A stretch of DNA of 64,000 nt from Octopus bimaculoides (GCF_001194135.2 NC_068985.1:35832082-35896081); one strand, 5' to 3'. Shown: positions 1 through 12,000, counted from the stretch's first letter. Notes: generated from the letters alone by a model not told the origin. Translations and numbers: made by a program.

Positions 1-117
1 AAGTTGCAGAAAGTGTATGGAGAAGGAATGTACGAGCCGTACACAAGTGTACTAGTAGTTCAGACGTGTTCAAGATGGCCGAAAAAATATTGATATTGAC
101 GAACGTTCTAGAAGTGT
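1..117 (+). mobile_element. Mariner transposase N-terminal fragment (decayed, runs off window)
   Basis: Across one frameshift reads LQKVYGE..SRTQVY**FRRVQDGRKNIDIDERSR, matching the mariner HTH region (SRTQVYEWFKRFQDGRE..DDERSGRP). Confidence 0.75.
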
Positions 118-300
118 TTTATATATATAAAGTGTTTTATATATATAAATATATATGTACGTGTGTGTGTGTGTAATTGTTTTGCCAACCTATGCACTAT
201 TTTACCATATGATATACATGTTATATTTCATTTGTAGGATTCCCATTTTTCAGTACCAATTCACCTCTTAATTGTGTTATTTCTTCCTCCTATTTACTAT

Positions 301-1590
301 TTACAATAAATCTAGTCCTTTCTTATAAACAATGTTACGTCTTTTTCCTGAAGGAGCATAAACAAAAAGATGGCGTGGACTTCGAACACTTGTATATGCA
401 ACATACTTCTGCTCGTGTGAAAAACAATGTTCTACAAGTTGTAGTTCAGCAACATAAAATGTTTGTCCTTGTGATTTATTTATAGACATGGCAAAACTGA
501 GTTTTACAGAAAATTTCAGGCTTTTGAATACAAAAGATATTTTTGTGTCAGATGGTATTAAGGGTATTATGAGTATAAAATCATTTCACATGGAACAACC
601 AATTAAAATAGTGGCCTGAATAATATGGGGTATTAATTTTTTTTTACCACCAGTCTAGTGCCATTTCAAAGCCGAGGCTGGTAGTAGCATTATGGTGGCT
701 CCACTTTTTAACAGAAGTGGTGTGATGGGAGCCCAAGAGGTTCCAAAAAATTTAAGAATTCAATCGGATAGTTGACAACCTCTGCAGGATCTGGAATTGA
801 ATCTACAGATTTATAGACCTTTGTAATTTCCGAATTGCAATCTGATAGTATATTGTGCTCACAAGGATTTTATTTTATTTTATTTTTTGCTGCAAGTATT
901 GTCCCTTTTATGTAAATATGATTTTGTTAGGTGGTCCTGAAAATTTCGAAATACTTTTGCTGATAGTTCATCGATTAATGAAACTGATGTACTAATTAGA
1001 GATGTATCTAGACAACTATTTCTATCAAGAGTTATCCTACCTTCTCCAAGTTACAATGAATTTTGAATAAATTTTACAGACAAATCCTCACCGAAAAATA
1101 TGAATCTTATATTCTTAGTTAGGCTCATTCTTGTTATATGTTTCCACAAATATGATGATTTCAAGCAAGCTATTAACTCATTCACTTTAGTGCTCTTTGG
1201 TATTACAGGCAAAGTCTGGTGAAAGTCTTCTGATACTACAGTGGTAACCCCATCCATCAATACTTGAGAATTTCTTAAATCCTGCAAGCTTCGATTCAGA
1301 GCTTCCAAAGACGTTTTGCTTGCCATCGTGCACTTATCCCAAACAATGAGATGACACCTCCTTAGTACCTCTCCCATCTCAGATGTTTTACTAATATTAG
1401 TATATTGTTGTTAGCTAAATTTAAGGGCAATATGAAAGTAGAGTGAGCTGTTCGTCCTCCCGGAAAGTAGCATAGCAGAAATATCTGAAAAAGTAACAGC
1501 CAAAGCAATTTATTTTTCTATCGTCGAACTTGGGTAAGTAACAGCTTAGTAACAAATATTTTTCCAAGAAAACAGCACTCCCCTTCAGTA
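301..1590 (-). mobile_element. Helitron Rep/Hel PIF1-like helicase, C-terminal half, pseudogenised
   Basis: Minus-strand peptides in the correct order: IALAV..LLSGRTAHSTFILPLNL; LIVWDKCTMASKTSLEALNRSLQDLR..DFHQTLPVIP..ELIACLKSSYLWK (ORF 1051-1377); [17 protein letters not shown]; MSINKSQGQT..CFSHEQKYVA..NIVYK (ORF 301-489). Confidence 0.93.
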
Positions 1591-1623
1591 ATGATAATAG
1601 TAATCATACTAATAATAATAATA

Positions 1624-1764
1624 AAGCTGGCAAGATTTAAGAAATTCTCAAGTATTGATGGATGGGGTTACCACTGTAGTATCAGGAGACTTTCACCAGA
1701 CTTTGTCTGTAATACCAAAGAGCACTAAAGTAGATGAGTTAATAGCTTGCTTGAAATCATCATA
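1624..1764 (+). repeat. 141-bp inverted duplicate of Helitron segment 1151-1291
   Basis: Reverse complement of 1151-1291 with 6 mismatches counted by eye. Confidence 0.92.
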
Positions 1765-2562
1765 GCACAGGAAAGGAGCAGTGGTAGCTTACTTGATGAG
1801 AGACATATAGATGATCTAAAAGAAGACCGATAAAACTAATAGCGACATGACAGATGAACAAAAGGAATCTACGACAGAATAAAGGTAAAACTATAGGAGA
1901 ACGATAGCGACATTATTTGCAACCTTAAAAAGGTTGATCGATGGAAATTGAACCAAGGAACGAAAAATGTCAATGAAATTCTGAAATACATCAGAACAAA
2001 AAACATCACAGAAACAAATAATTTGATCAAGGCAGCAAGTATTGTTATAACAGAAAATGTGGGTGTCGATGTCAAGAAAAAGAAACATAATGGGAGTGAC
2101 AAAAGAAAAGATCCATGGTGGAAAAGAAGAATCCAGGCAGGGTTAGAATGCTCTCGAAGGAAATCTCTGTGTTAGACCGAAAAGAGAAAGGGGAGCTTAA
2201 AAGCGAACAAAAATACAGGGCGTTGAAAAGGAAGTATAATATTGAAAGATAGGGCCTGAAAGTAGTAGTGGAGGAACTGAAACAGCGCCTCGTTGCAAAG
2301 AAAGCAACGATGGTAAGATACGATCAAAGAATGACCGGTTATCACAAAAAATAGGTTATTCAGAGTAGATCAGAAGAGATACTATAAAGAAATAAATGGA
2401 GGATGTACAGATGAAAAGTTGATACCAGATAATATTGAAAGTCAAAGGTTTTGGAGTGATATCTGGAGCAAAGACAAGGAGCACAAGAAGGATACTGAAT
2501 GACTGCAAGAACTGAAATAAATAGTAGTCTGTCCAAAACAGGCAGAAATAGTCATTTCTAAT
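1765..2562 (+). mobile_element. R4/Dong/Rex6-like non-LTR retrotransposon, pre-RT region fragment
   Basis: Frameshifted peptide NEILKYIRTKNITETNNLIKAASIV..KDPWWKRRIQ..ELKQRLVAK..RYDQR..NRLF..DQKRYYKEING..FWSDIWS, typical of the region upstream of RT in R4-clade elements. Confidence 0.8.
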
Positions 2563-3295
2563 GACAGCCCCTCCGAAGTCAGTGCTTTAGACTGTAGCGA
2601 AGCCTAAAATCAAAACCTTATAGTATTAATAACAAGAATCAGACCACATTAAATTTAGGTGACGTTGCAGAAATTACCCGTATTATAAAATGTTTTAGTA
2701 TGTTCTTGAATTTCAGGCGCAAAAAGGGGTTACATAAGCAACAACGGAAGAACGTCAGCGCAGAGAGGTAAGGAAAGATTTCGGAGAAGATAAATGAACA
2801 CAGGATTTGTGGCCCCTAAGTGACCTGTGTTTAAAAGAAGTACTTAGTCTTCAGTGAACTTTTCCAAGCACATTTCATGGACACAATATCTTCACTCCTC
2901 GTTACACAAATAGATAACCAACCAATTCCTAGTGAAAAGCAAAGCAGAGGCGTACGTACGATGCACAGACACCAAGCCCTTTAAACAGACAAGTTTCCTT
3001 GGTTACTGCTTAAACCTGGGTTAAAAGAACTGCGGCGAGTCCTAGAATTCGATCCCCGTTTTCTTCATCATCATGTTAATGCCATTAGTGAACCACAATT
3101 GAAACATGCAATTTTCACGTGTACATCCAATTTATCGATGAATTAACTTGCGGGAGATCACGCCACAAAGAACAAAAGTGAATGCTCTTGTAGCGAACTC
3201 TAGTGAACTTCCTCTCTCTATTATATATACATACATACGAACGTACCTGGTAACAGCTAACCTTTGGGCACTGTTTTGGATCCCGTTATGTCTAC

Positions 3296-3463
3296 CACTC
3301 TGATTGGTTGGTATTGGCGCAATTTGTCTCTTACTCTATCGCACGCCAATACACAACCCAACCAATCTCAGCCTCCAAATGAATCACGTGAGACAGTCCT
3401 CTGTTCGCTCTTATTCCCAGCCGTTTCTCTCCGCTGACGCCACCAAGGCGTGAAATTGTAAGG
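3296..3463. promoter_or_regulatory. CpG-rich promoter-like motif cluster
   Basis: Four CCAAT/ATTGG boxes (3303, 3313, 3346, 3362) arranged as an inverted repeat, TTGGCGC (3314-3320), TCACGTGA (3384-3391), TGACGCCA (~3435); flanking splice-donor-like sites on both strands. Confidence 0.4.
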
Positions 3464-3653
3464 ATCTTTTGGAAAATAACTGATGAGAATTAGCAACGTT
3501 CTGTCCTGTGTGAGATTTTCCCGTTTGTTCCTTTGCTTCGTTTCTGTTCAAATATTGAAACCACACACGCACACACACACACAAACACACACTCTCAAAA
3601 ACACGCGCGCGCGCACACACACACACACACGTTCACCACTCAAAGGTGACAGA

Positions 3654-4193
3654 CAATCACTGCTGCTTCCGCCGATCAGATTACCAGATCATGTGATTTC
3701 CTGATTTGTCCTTTTCAATGATAGACATAGCGATAGCTATGATGTGCTTTTTTTTTCTCTTTTGGTAAATATTGCAGTATTTGTGTGTTTTAACGCAAAT
3801 TCCACTTTACGTTGTGTATATTTTACCTTTGGCTACTAATACTGCCTCTTTCGCTCTGTTTTTTTTTTTTTTTTTTCAAATAAGCGACACTGTTTGATAC
3901 TGCCTTTCTATGTATATCTCCAATGCGGCAGTTACTGCTGTTTCCAGCCACTTGGTGTCTATCACTGAAATTGCCAAATTAGGCCGAAATCACATGATCT
4001 GGTAGTCTGAATGGCGGAAGTAGCAGTGATTGCCTGCCGCTGATGATAGCTATGATGTGCTTTTATGCACCTTATAACCATATGAGAGTTTTCTCTCTTG
4101 GTAAGTATTGAGTATTTGTGTGTTTTAACTCAACTTCCACTTTAAAGTGGTGAATATTTTATCTTTGGGCATTGATACTGTCTCTGTCGCTCT
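3654..4193 (+). mobile_element. Non-autonomous Penelope-like/retrozyme-like element A: inverted copy plus partial tandem unit of ~335 bp
   Basis: 3654-3727 is the reverse complement of ~3956-4032; 3732-3857 is directly repeated at 4045-4193; the unit contains a hammerhead-like motif; no ORF. Confidence 0.7.
3959..4005 (+). ncRNA. Degenerate minimal type I hammerhead ribozyme motif
   Basis: CTATCA-CTGAAAT-TGCCAAATTAGGCC-GAAA-TCACATGA-TC-TGGTAG: stem I CTATCA/TGGTAG (6 bp, one G.U), GAAA, short stem III, AUC triplet; core deviates from CUGANGA at G8/A9. Confidence 0.6.
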
Positions 4194-4334
4194 ATACATA
4201 CATACATACGTGTGTTTGTGTGTGCGCGTGTGTATATGTGCTTTCAGCCTTTTCTTAAATAAATATATTATCAATTGGTGCGAGTTTTGTTCTTGTTTAC
4301 AACACACACTGCCAGCTTTAAATCCATGATAATC

Positions 4335-4875
4335 TCATACCATGTCGATTCTGCACTTCACATAGTTGGTCCTTAACGCTTGTTCTTGAGCTGCGCATAT
4401 AAGTGCTTCGGTCTCTATCTTCAAGTTACTCCTCTTCATCCATAGCCACCGGTCTTCTGTATCTGCCTTGGCGTTCGTATCTCTTGCAGACTGACGTACA
4501 TTTTTTTCCTTCCGTGCTGTTTTTTTTGTGTTGTTTTCCACTTTGTTATTCTTTCTTTACATAATTATCAATTTTAATGAAACCAGCCTTCTTCACATGT
4601 TTCAACAATGGTTCCACGGCATTTTTTACATATCACCCTAAGCTGTTTTCCTCTACTTCGATACAATCCTGGCAACCAATCAAACTTCTAGCATCTTCTC
4701 TTCTGGACAAGTACAGCCTATCGGTGTCACTCTTAGGGTGGAAGGTTCCGTGCACTGTCAACAGTTTTCTTGTCTTCCTATCCATGTTCATCTGTTCTTT
4801 CTTTTGTCATTTTAGGATTCTCTCTCCATACCGAAGTGATGCTTTAACCCATGAATTAACTGCTTGGATTTTATT
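4335..4875 (-). mobile_element. R4/Dong/Rex6-like retrotransposon, post-RT fragment
   Basis: Peptides NKIQAVNSWVKASLRYG..ILK and WLWMKRSNLKIETEALICAAQEQALRTNYVKCRID, characteristic of R4-clade elements. Confidence 0.85.
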
Positions 4876-5482
4876 CCATCCGGTCACTGATCTTGCAACA
4901 AGCAAAGTAGCTAGTTGGAAAACTTCTATAAGAGATGAAAGTAGTAACTGTACTGAGAAGTAATGTTTATCGCCACACCAATATGGCTGTTCGACGTTAC
5001 TACCGTTTTTAAACTCAGGAAGAACCTCCTCCAGCTGGTTATCGACGCAATCTGCACCCAGCAAACATTACTTATCAATATAGTTACTACTTTCATCTCA
5101 TGTAGAAATTTCCTAACTTGCTACTTTGTTTGCTGCAAGATCAGCGACTGATTGTCGCTTGGCTTTCTATATATTGCGAACTGGAGTGAATTCCTGCTAT
5201 CTCCAGCGGCCGGGTGTTCACCACTGATGATGGGCACAAATAGCCCGAAAACGTTCCGTCTGGTGATCCCGTCATTACTAGAAGATGGTAGGGGTTCGCT
5301 CCCCTACTTGCAATATAAACCAGGTGCAGACTGAATCAATAACCAGCTGGAAGAGGCTTTTCCTGGGGTTAAAAACGGTAGTAACGTCGTACAGCCATAT
5401 CGATGTGGCGATAAACATCACTTCTCAGTATAGTTACTGCTTTCATCTCTTATAGAGATTTTTTTTAACTAGCTACTTTGCT
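4876..5482 (+). mobile_element. Non-autonomous Penelope-like/retrozyme-like element B: inverted copy plus partial tandem unit of ~350 bp
   Basis: 4901-5056 is the reverse complement of ~5323-5482; 5064-5130 is a direct copy of the unit tail; 4876-4905 matches the tail-to-head junction 5121-5150; hammerhead motif inside; no convincing ORF. Confidence 0.75.
5218..5266 (+). ncRNA. Minimal type I hammerhead ribozyme motif
   Basis: TCACCA-CTGATGA-T-GGGCacaaataGCCC-GAAAA-CGTTCC-GTC-TGGTGA: perfect 6-bp stem I, intact CUGAUGA, 4-bp stem II, GUC at 5258-5260; one extra A in the GAAA run. Confidence 0.78.
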
Positions 5483-5489
5483 TATATTT

Positions 5490-5810
5490 GTTTGTTTGTT
5501 TGTTTGAGTGTGTATGTGTGTGCGTGCGTGTATGTGTGTGTTTACATACATATGTATATGCATACACACACACATACACACAAACATATATGTGTACATA
5601 TTTATTTATATAGAAGTTTATGTGCATATATATCAGTATACTCGCATGTGTATAGATCTGTGTATATGTGAGTTTCTATATCTGTATATATGCCTCTAGG
5701 TGTGTTTATACGCACATACATACATATATACATACACGCATGCATGCATACATACACGCATGCATACATACATACATACATATGTGTGTTTAAAAATTTA
5801 TATACATACT
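5490..5810. repeat. Compound (GTTT)/(TG)/(TA)/(CATA) microsatellite
   Basis: Visible low-complexity tandem arrays. Confidence 0.9.
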
Positions 5811-6321
5811 AGCAAAGCGAAAACTCGTAAAGCAGATCAATAATTCCCCATAGTAGCAATGTTAAAAATTGTAATTCGTTCCCAGAATAATATTTTACTT
5901 ATAAAATTTATAATACTCGTAAATAAATGGCAATAAAACAACAGTAGAATGTAAAGAATATTTTATGCAAAGTAAAAAGAATGTCAATATCATTTATAAT
6001 AATAAAAAAATTATTATTATAATCGTTTGCTGGATCACTTTCACTCGCACTAGACTCGCGCACATCATCGCTCGGTGACACGATTGTCGATTCACAAGCA
6101 CTCGTAGACGGACTTGTAGATTTCTTAAAAAAAAAAACAAGTTTGCTGATAAGCAGCTTTCTTCCGCTCTCTATAAATTTCTCGGTAACACGCAGAAGCA
6201 TTTGTTATGGCAGTAAAAACGTTTGCACTTCGTTCAAAATCTGGATCTTGTGCTTGAAATATAATACTTGTAAACCTGAGATCTCATAAAGCGGGTCCTC
6301 GTAAAGCGAGGTATTACTGTA
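5811..6321. mobile_element. pogo/Tigger-like non-autonomous DNA transposon, one end visible
   Basis: Right end reads on minus TA-CAGTAATACCTCGCTTTACGAG (TA target plus Tigger-type TIR at 6298-6319); CTCGTAAA motif repeated internally; left TIR not found. Confidence 0.55.
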
Positions 6322-7582
6322 ATTAGTTCCTAGTTGCAGTCAAATCATTTGTGTGCATATGTGGCCAATGCTAATTTCCTATTAACCCGTGGATTTAAAG
6401 GTATATTTCTTTTGCAGTCGAAGACCAATATTCTGTGAGCCACATTCGATTTGTTTCCCATCCTTCAGTGTATTGTAATCGGTCTATTCGATTATATCCA
6501 TCTCATAAATTTAATGCTAATGTAAGAAATTCATGATCATAGAAGCATAGGGAGCTCTGAATCAATTCTAGCATCTTACCATCATTTTGTTGCTAAACCT
6601 CAAGTTAGCCCAAACAAACTGATTTTTTTAAAATCCAAGGCATTGTAGTCTTGACCGTTCCATCTTTTCCTACGAATAAATGATCTATTATCCCTTTCCA
6701 TTAAAAAAAAAAGTATGACTTGAAAAGATTAGGCTGCTATTTCTAGCAGATGAAGCAACTACTTTAGAGAAATTGATGTACCGCTTTTGTTCTCTGGCAA
6801 TTATTATCTGAAATTCATACTTTAGCCACAGAAATTTCAAGAATTTGATTAAGCCGGAAGTGGTACATTTTCGGCTGATGTACATTCAAATAATATTATG
6901 TTTTACCGTATTTGTGAATCATTGTTTATTCTAATTTAAAATTCTAGTTTATACCTTATTTAAAGTGTCAGTAAGCCCTGTCTGCTCTAACTATAAACAA
7001 AATAGTGGAAGTTCATAAACAAAGGTCAGATAACTCTGTAGATTCTAAATTTCTCCAATTTTGAAGAGCTTTTGTGTGAAGTAGTTTTGACAGCTATCTA
7101 TCTCGAATAAAATAATTGAATACTCATTTACGAAAGTTTAATAATGTCTTGTCTTTTACTGCAATTCCATTCACATTTTTTAGCGTGCCTTACAAGAATG
7201 TTAAATCGACTCCAGTACTTAAACTAGTACTTTCGAACAAATTTAGCACGGGCGATGTTCCCTGTCTATTCTTATGTGTATGAATAAAGTTTTGTTAATC
7301 TTTCGGGAGAATTTGTAAAAATGTAAGACATAACGGCAATAAATTGTAGAAACTAAAGAATTTAACAATGGAGTATATATTTCGTTCAACTGTGTAAAAT
7401 AAAAATTGTTTTTAGATATTGCAAAATATCTTATGGAAAGAGTTCGAAATCTAGCTATATATCTTCGAACAAGAACCGAAAGATCTATAAATATGTTGGC
7501 AAAGTTTAGACGTAGAACATTTTTCTTGAGAAACAGAAGCTTCTGACATGACACTTTCATGGACCAACAATATAGTCAGAGA

Positions 7583-7609
7583 GCATGCGCCGAAAGTTTT
7601 GTGACGTCA
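7583..7609. promoter_or_regulatory. NRF1-like and CRE motifs ~1.25 kb upstream of the ILRUN start
   Basis: GCATGCGC (7583-7590) and perfect TGACGTCA (7602-7609) within 27 bp in CpG-retaining DNA. Confidence 0.35.
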
Positions 7610-8439
7610 TTATAGCCAAGCACTCGTTTCGGGTCTTGAAATGGATGTTCGACAATGTCCTAACTATCATACTTGTAGGATAGAACTGAGCGAAGGAGAA
7701 GAAAACAAGAAAGTATATGCATAGAACCAGCCTACATAATTTTTCTAAAAATCTAATGGGAAACTACTGCCAGAGAGGTAAGGTAAGCAGGGTTTAAACT
7801 GTAGTAATGGCCCGTCAACCTAACCCTCTTAGGCAACATAGGAAACAGACTTAGGAACGGTTTAAAACCTGCAAAAATAACCTAAAACTGGAGCCTCGAT
7901 ATAATAAAGTAAAGAGGAGGGAACTGACAGTGAGAGGAAAAGTATATGATGAAATATTAAAACACAAATATAGATTGGACAAAACTAGAAGAAAATATTT
8001 AAAATAAACTATATTTTTCTAGAATAGGAAAAAGTTCAGTGAACTGGTTGTCCGAAATAATAGCTGATCATAGATGTCTAGCCTGAAGTTTCAATGTAAA
8101 TAATGTCAATGTATTCAAACACGTGTAGGTGTTTAGTATATTTACTATTGGCCTCTAAGTTGACAAGGAAAGGAGATAGGTTTTTTTTTGTGGACACAAA
8201 CAGTGGAATATTGGTGACTGAAAAGTAAATTATCGCGACCGATTTTACTTTTTATTTTTTTAGTTTTCGTTTATATATTCTAAGAATTCGGTTTTGAAAC
8301 ATCATTTTCGACCTCAGTTTTAATATATTATCCTTGTCTTCAGTTTGTTGTGTTTTAACACTTCCTCTGATTCTATAAACTAAACAATACTGAGTAGGTG
8401 GAAAGGAAAACATTGAGAATGTAAACTGTTCATACGCAG

Positions 8440-8843
8440 TGGTGGGAATTGTTACTTTGGAATCCAGAACTACAACGACGGCGATAACTCCACCACTACT
8501 ACTATCAGTTGAGTAACAACAATAATAGATCGAGACGACGGCAAGACGAACTACTAACCAAGCACTAGAATCATTTTAATACTGTATTTCATCGTTCTAG
8601 ATGTTATACCTTTCGTTTAGAACGCTGAACGGGAATACGTAAAGTGGAAACGAAATGAGACTATTTCACTTAATTCAAGTCCATGTGTAATGTGTATGTG
8701 TACATAAAAACACACAATCCAGTCTACAGAGGAACACAAACAAGCACTGACATATTCCTGGCGTTTATCAATTACCATATTTAGGTTTAAGAACGACAAA
8801 ACATCCTCCAAAATTACTTATACAACTAAAATCACTCAGAAAA
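8440..8843 (+). promoter_or_regulatory. Likely ILRUN proximal promoter / 5' UTR
   Basis: CpG-rich stretch just upstream of ATG 8844; TGGGAATTGT (8443-8452) and ACTACAA (~8469) resemble the ZNF143/THAP11-type housekeeping promoter motif. Confidence 0.45.
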
Positions 8844-9001
8844 ATGGGGGACGAGGACAACGAACTGGACGGGAAATTACTACAACAGTTCAGCTCTATG
8901 GGGACGACTGATAAAGAGGTGCTTATTGCCGAATTCCAGAAACTACTGGGTGACCAGTTAAATGCTGCAGGCTGTGCTTTCTTCCTTGATATGAACAATT
9001 G
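8844..9001 (+). CDS. ILRUN: ILRUN/C6orf106 orthologue, coding exon 1 of 5 (UBA-like domain); join 8844-9001, 27243-27397, 35330-35527, 41146-41375, 44905-45009 = 281 aa
   Basis: MGDEDNELDGKLLQQFSSMGTTDKEVLIAEFQKLLGDQLNAAGCAFFLDMNNW closely matches the ILRUN N-terminus; AAAATGG start context; donor TG|GTGAGT at 9002; 158 nt, phase 2. Confidence 0.96.
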
Positions 9002-12000
9002 GTGAGTTAGTATTTTGTTACTGATTTATTTCTGTGACATTCCCATTTTTATTTCATACTATAACGACACACATTTTGCAGCCAACCTTTCCTGGCCCTC
9101 TCGCCTGCTCAACATACATTGTTGTTGTAAACATTATACTTCTCATGACATTTCAAGCTATCTCAATATGTTGTTACTGATTACATGTCAAATATTTATA
9201 TATGATTATACTCTTTTGTAAATATATTAAATGTTATAACCTAAAATATCGCGTTGCTCGTGATTTTGTGTAGCTAGGCCTCTACGCAACACATTCTCTG
9301 CTTCGTTAAAAGACAAGCTTGTTTGACTCGATAAAACCCAATTTAGTGAAAAAATATTCATTTGTTGATACTTCCTGACCTGCCACTTTAAATACTTGAT
9401 CACAATCAAGACAAATGATCATTGTTTATTTTCCTTTAAAATGTTAAACCTATACTTATTTATTCGAATCTGACTTGTTACCTTTAAACTCTAGTTTTCT
9501 GCTGAAATGAAATTTTATGTGGTTTACGTTACCATTAAATAATTGGCTTAAAATGTTTTGTATCTAACAAATCTCGTGGTTATTTATTATTAAATTCCTA
9601 TGTTTATACAATGAAATAAAGTTCTATAATTTTTTTTTGGTCATTTTCGTCACTCTAAAGTTATATTTATCTAGAGTTATGAATCCTAAATTTTGCATTT
9701 AAGCAGTATTTCGTTATCATACAGTTGTTTTCACTATTTTTTTGTTTGTTTTTGTAATTTCATGTACAAACCATAATTTCCTGTTTATTTATTAATTATA
9801 TTTACCTCCATGATTATTATTGATGTTTTATGAAACCATCATGCATGTTGTTTATATCATGATGTTATACAAACGACCTAAAATAAGCTTTCGAACTACA
9901 AATTAAAATACAAGTAAATGGGTCCCCGTCTTTATAACCATTTTATAGTTAGTTCACTGTAGAGTTTTCTTACATCATCTTCCCCAACCTCCGATTCCCA
10001 TTTTGGTATTCAGTTATTCTATTCTCCTGTATTATTGCTGTCTTAATTTAAATATTGCAATTCTATTTTTACTTTGTCTTTTGTTTTCTGTATTTTCCTA
10101 CTTGAGTAAGTGTATTATTAAAAGCTTCGTTGTGTCCCTCAACATTTATCTGCCCTCCGTTTCGTAGACCATAACCATATTCACAATAAATTTCTAAACA
10201 CTTGAATTAGAAACGATATGTAGAAATGTTTCTAGTTTCAGAAATATAATTTCTTAGCTCTAATGCCCACCTGAGTGAAGGAGATCCTGCTTTGCGATAA
10301 AGTTTTCGTTATACCAGGGAAAAATATGATGAGTAAAGCGTGATGGCTTTTCAGACATTGTTCGTTTAAGCGTAAAATTCTCAAAATGTAACCAAATCTA
10401 TTCCATCTTTTTGGAGAAAATAAAGCCCGTTATATAAGTAAACCGATCGACTTTGGCTGTCAAATCACTTGTTTGTATTATTTATCCTAGATCTTGATCC
10501 AGTTGCTTCAGTCGTTTGTGAAAACAATAAAGTACCAGGTATTTGTGTGTATGGAGCACACAAATTCGTACTTTTGTTCTTATAGTTCACATATAGAATT
10601 TTTGAATCTCTTTCAAAGCTTGAACGGTTTGAAAAAATGATTATTGGAAGGTTTTTCTCTTCAATATTGACTATTTTTATTTCATTTCACACATTTTAGT
10701 CGTGTGGTACTATTCTAAATCATATTTAGATTCAGTTTTTGTGGCAAGGACATAAAGCAATTGGAATTCCTTAGGATATAACTTTTAAGATTGATTTTAT
10801 ATATATATAAAAGACAGTTATTACAAAAACACATGTAACTTAATGTAGATTCAAGGTGGATGCTAGATTCAAATACAGATTATTTCATTGTACAGTTCCC
10901 GGGGTATGAAAATGGGAAAACGTTTAATACAGGTTTTACTGAACATCAGAAATGAGTGGAGCTGAGGTTGCTGCATCAAGTGTGTTTGGATAGGAAAGTT
11001 ACAGTTTGCATGCTCAGAGATGCAGGAACCATTTTACTAGAGGTCATCATCATTGTGTATCAATGGGTTACAGTGAATGCTTCTGTGTCTGGTAGATGGC
11101 ATTGAGATATGTTCAACCCATGCAAATGTGGAAGAGACAAAAATGATGATGGTGATGGCTAATGTGGGACATACTTGTGTCAGTAACTATTCAGAGCTAA
11201 TATATTTTTGACCTTAAAGAAACTCAACCTTTGGCATGCCACATTGACTGTGCTGGAAATATATGATTGACATGACAGGCCATCATCAATTGTAAAGCTC
11301 TGATATTTTTAGATTGCAAAAGTTTTAACTTTGTATTCTTCAGAAATAGATTGTGTGTGACAGTGAAATTATTAAAGGAAACCACTCTTTCAAATTCCAG
11401 TTTTTTTTTAGGGTTGTTATTTCTCTCAAATTTTCAATATAAAACTAGGTAGTGAACTGAATCTGTTGTGCAGCTTAACACTACCACCTGGCCCTTAGAT
11501 ACCTTTTGCAGAGTCAATTCTGTTGTAAGTTTTCAGGACAGGTCTGAATATTGTGACACTTCACTTTCAACTATCACAACCTATGAGTTGTGCTTTCTTC
11601 TAGTCTCTGAGGAACTACAAAATATTATGCTTCTCTTTTTTTTGTCTATGATTAAAGCCATTAAATAACAACTGTTATCTTATACATTTACTCATTGATC
11701 AATAAACATATTTTAAAATGCTATATATAAAAATTCATAGGCTCTTCAAGAAGGAAATAAATAATTTTAAGGTGTCTTATTTTAAAGTATAAAACTTTCT
11801 AAATAAAAAATATATGTACTAATAACATTTAACAGTTATAAATTTGCCTGACCTTAGAATGAAAAGAAACTTTGAAGTTGAATCAGGATCAGTAAGTTTC
11901 ATGTTTAGAAGTTTTTGTTACCTCTTTCATCTCATTTGGTAAGATGAGCAACCATATTTAATATTACAGGCTTTTAGAAAATTTAAATCCTTCTCAAATG

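Noticed and set aside
1765-4875. Two R4-like pieces as one element with a 5' inversion
   Set aside because: Their order and orientation do not fit twin-priming geometry; more likely separate insertions.
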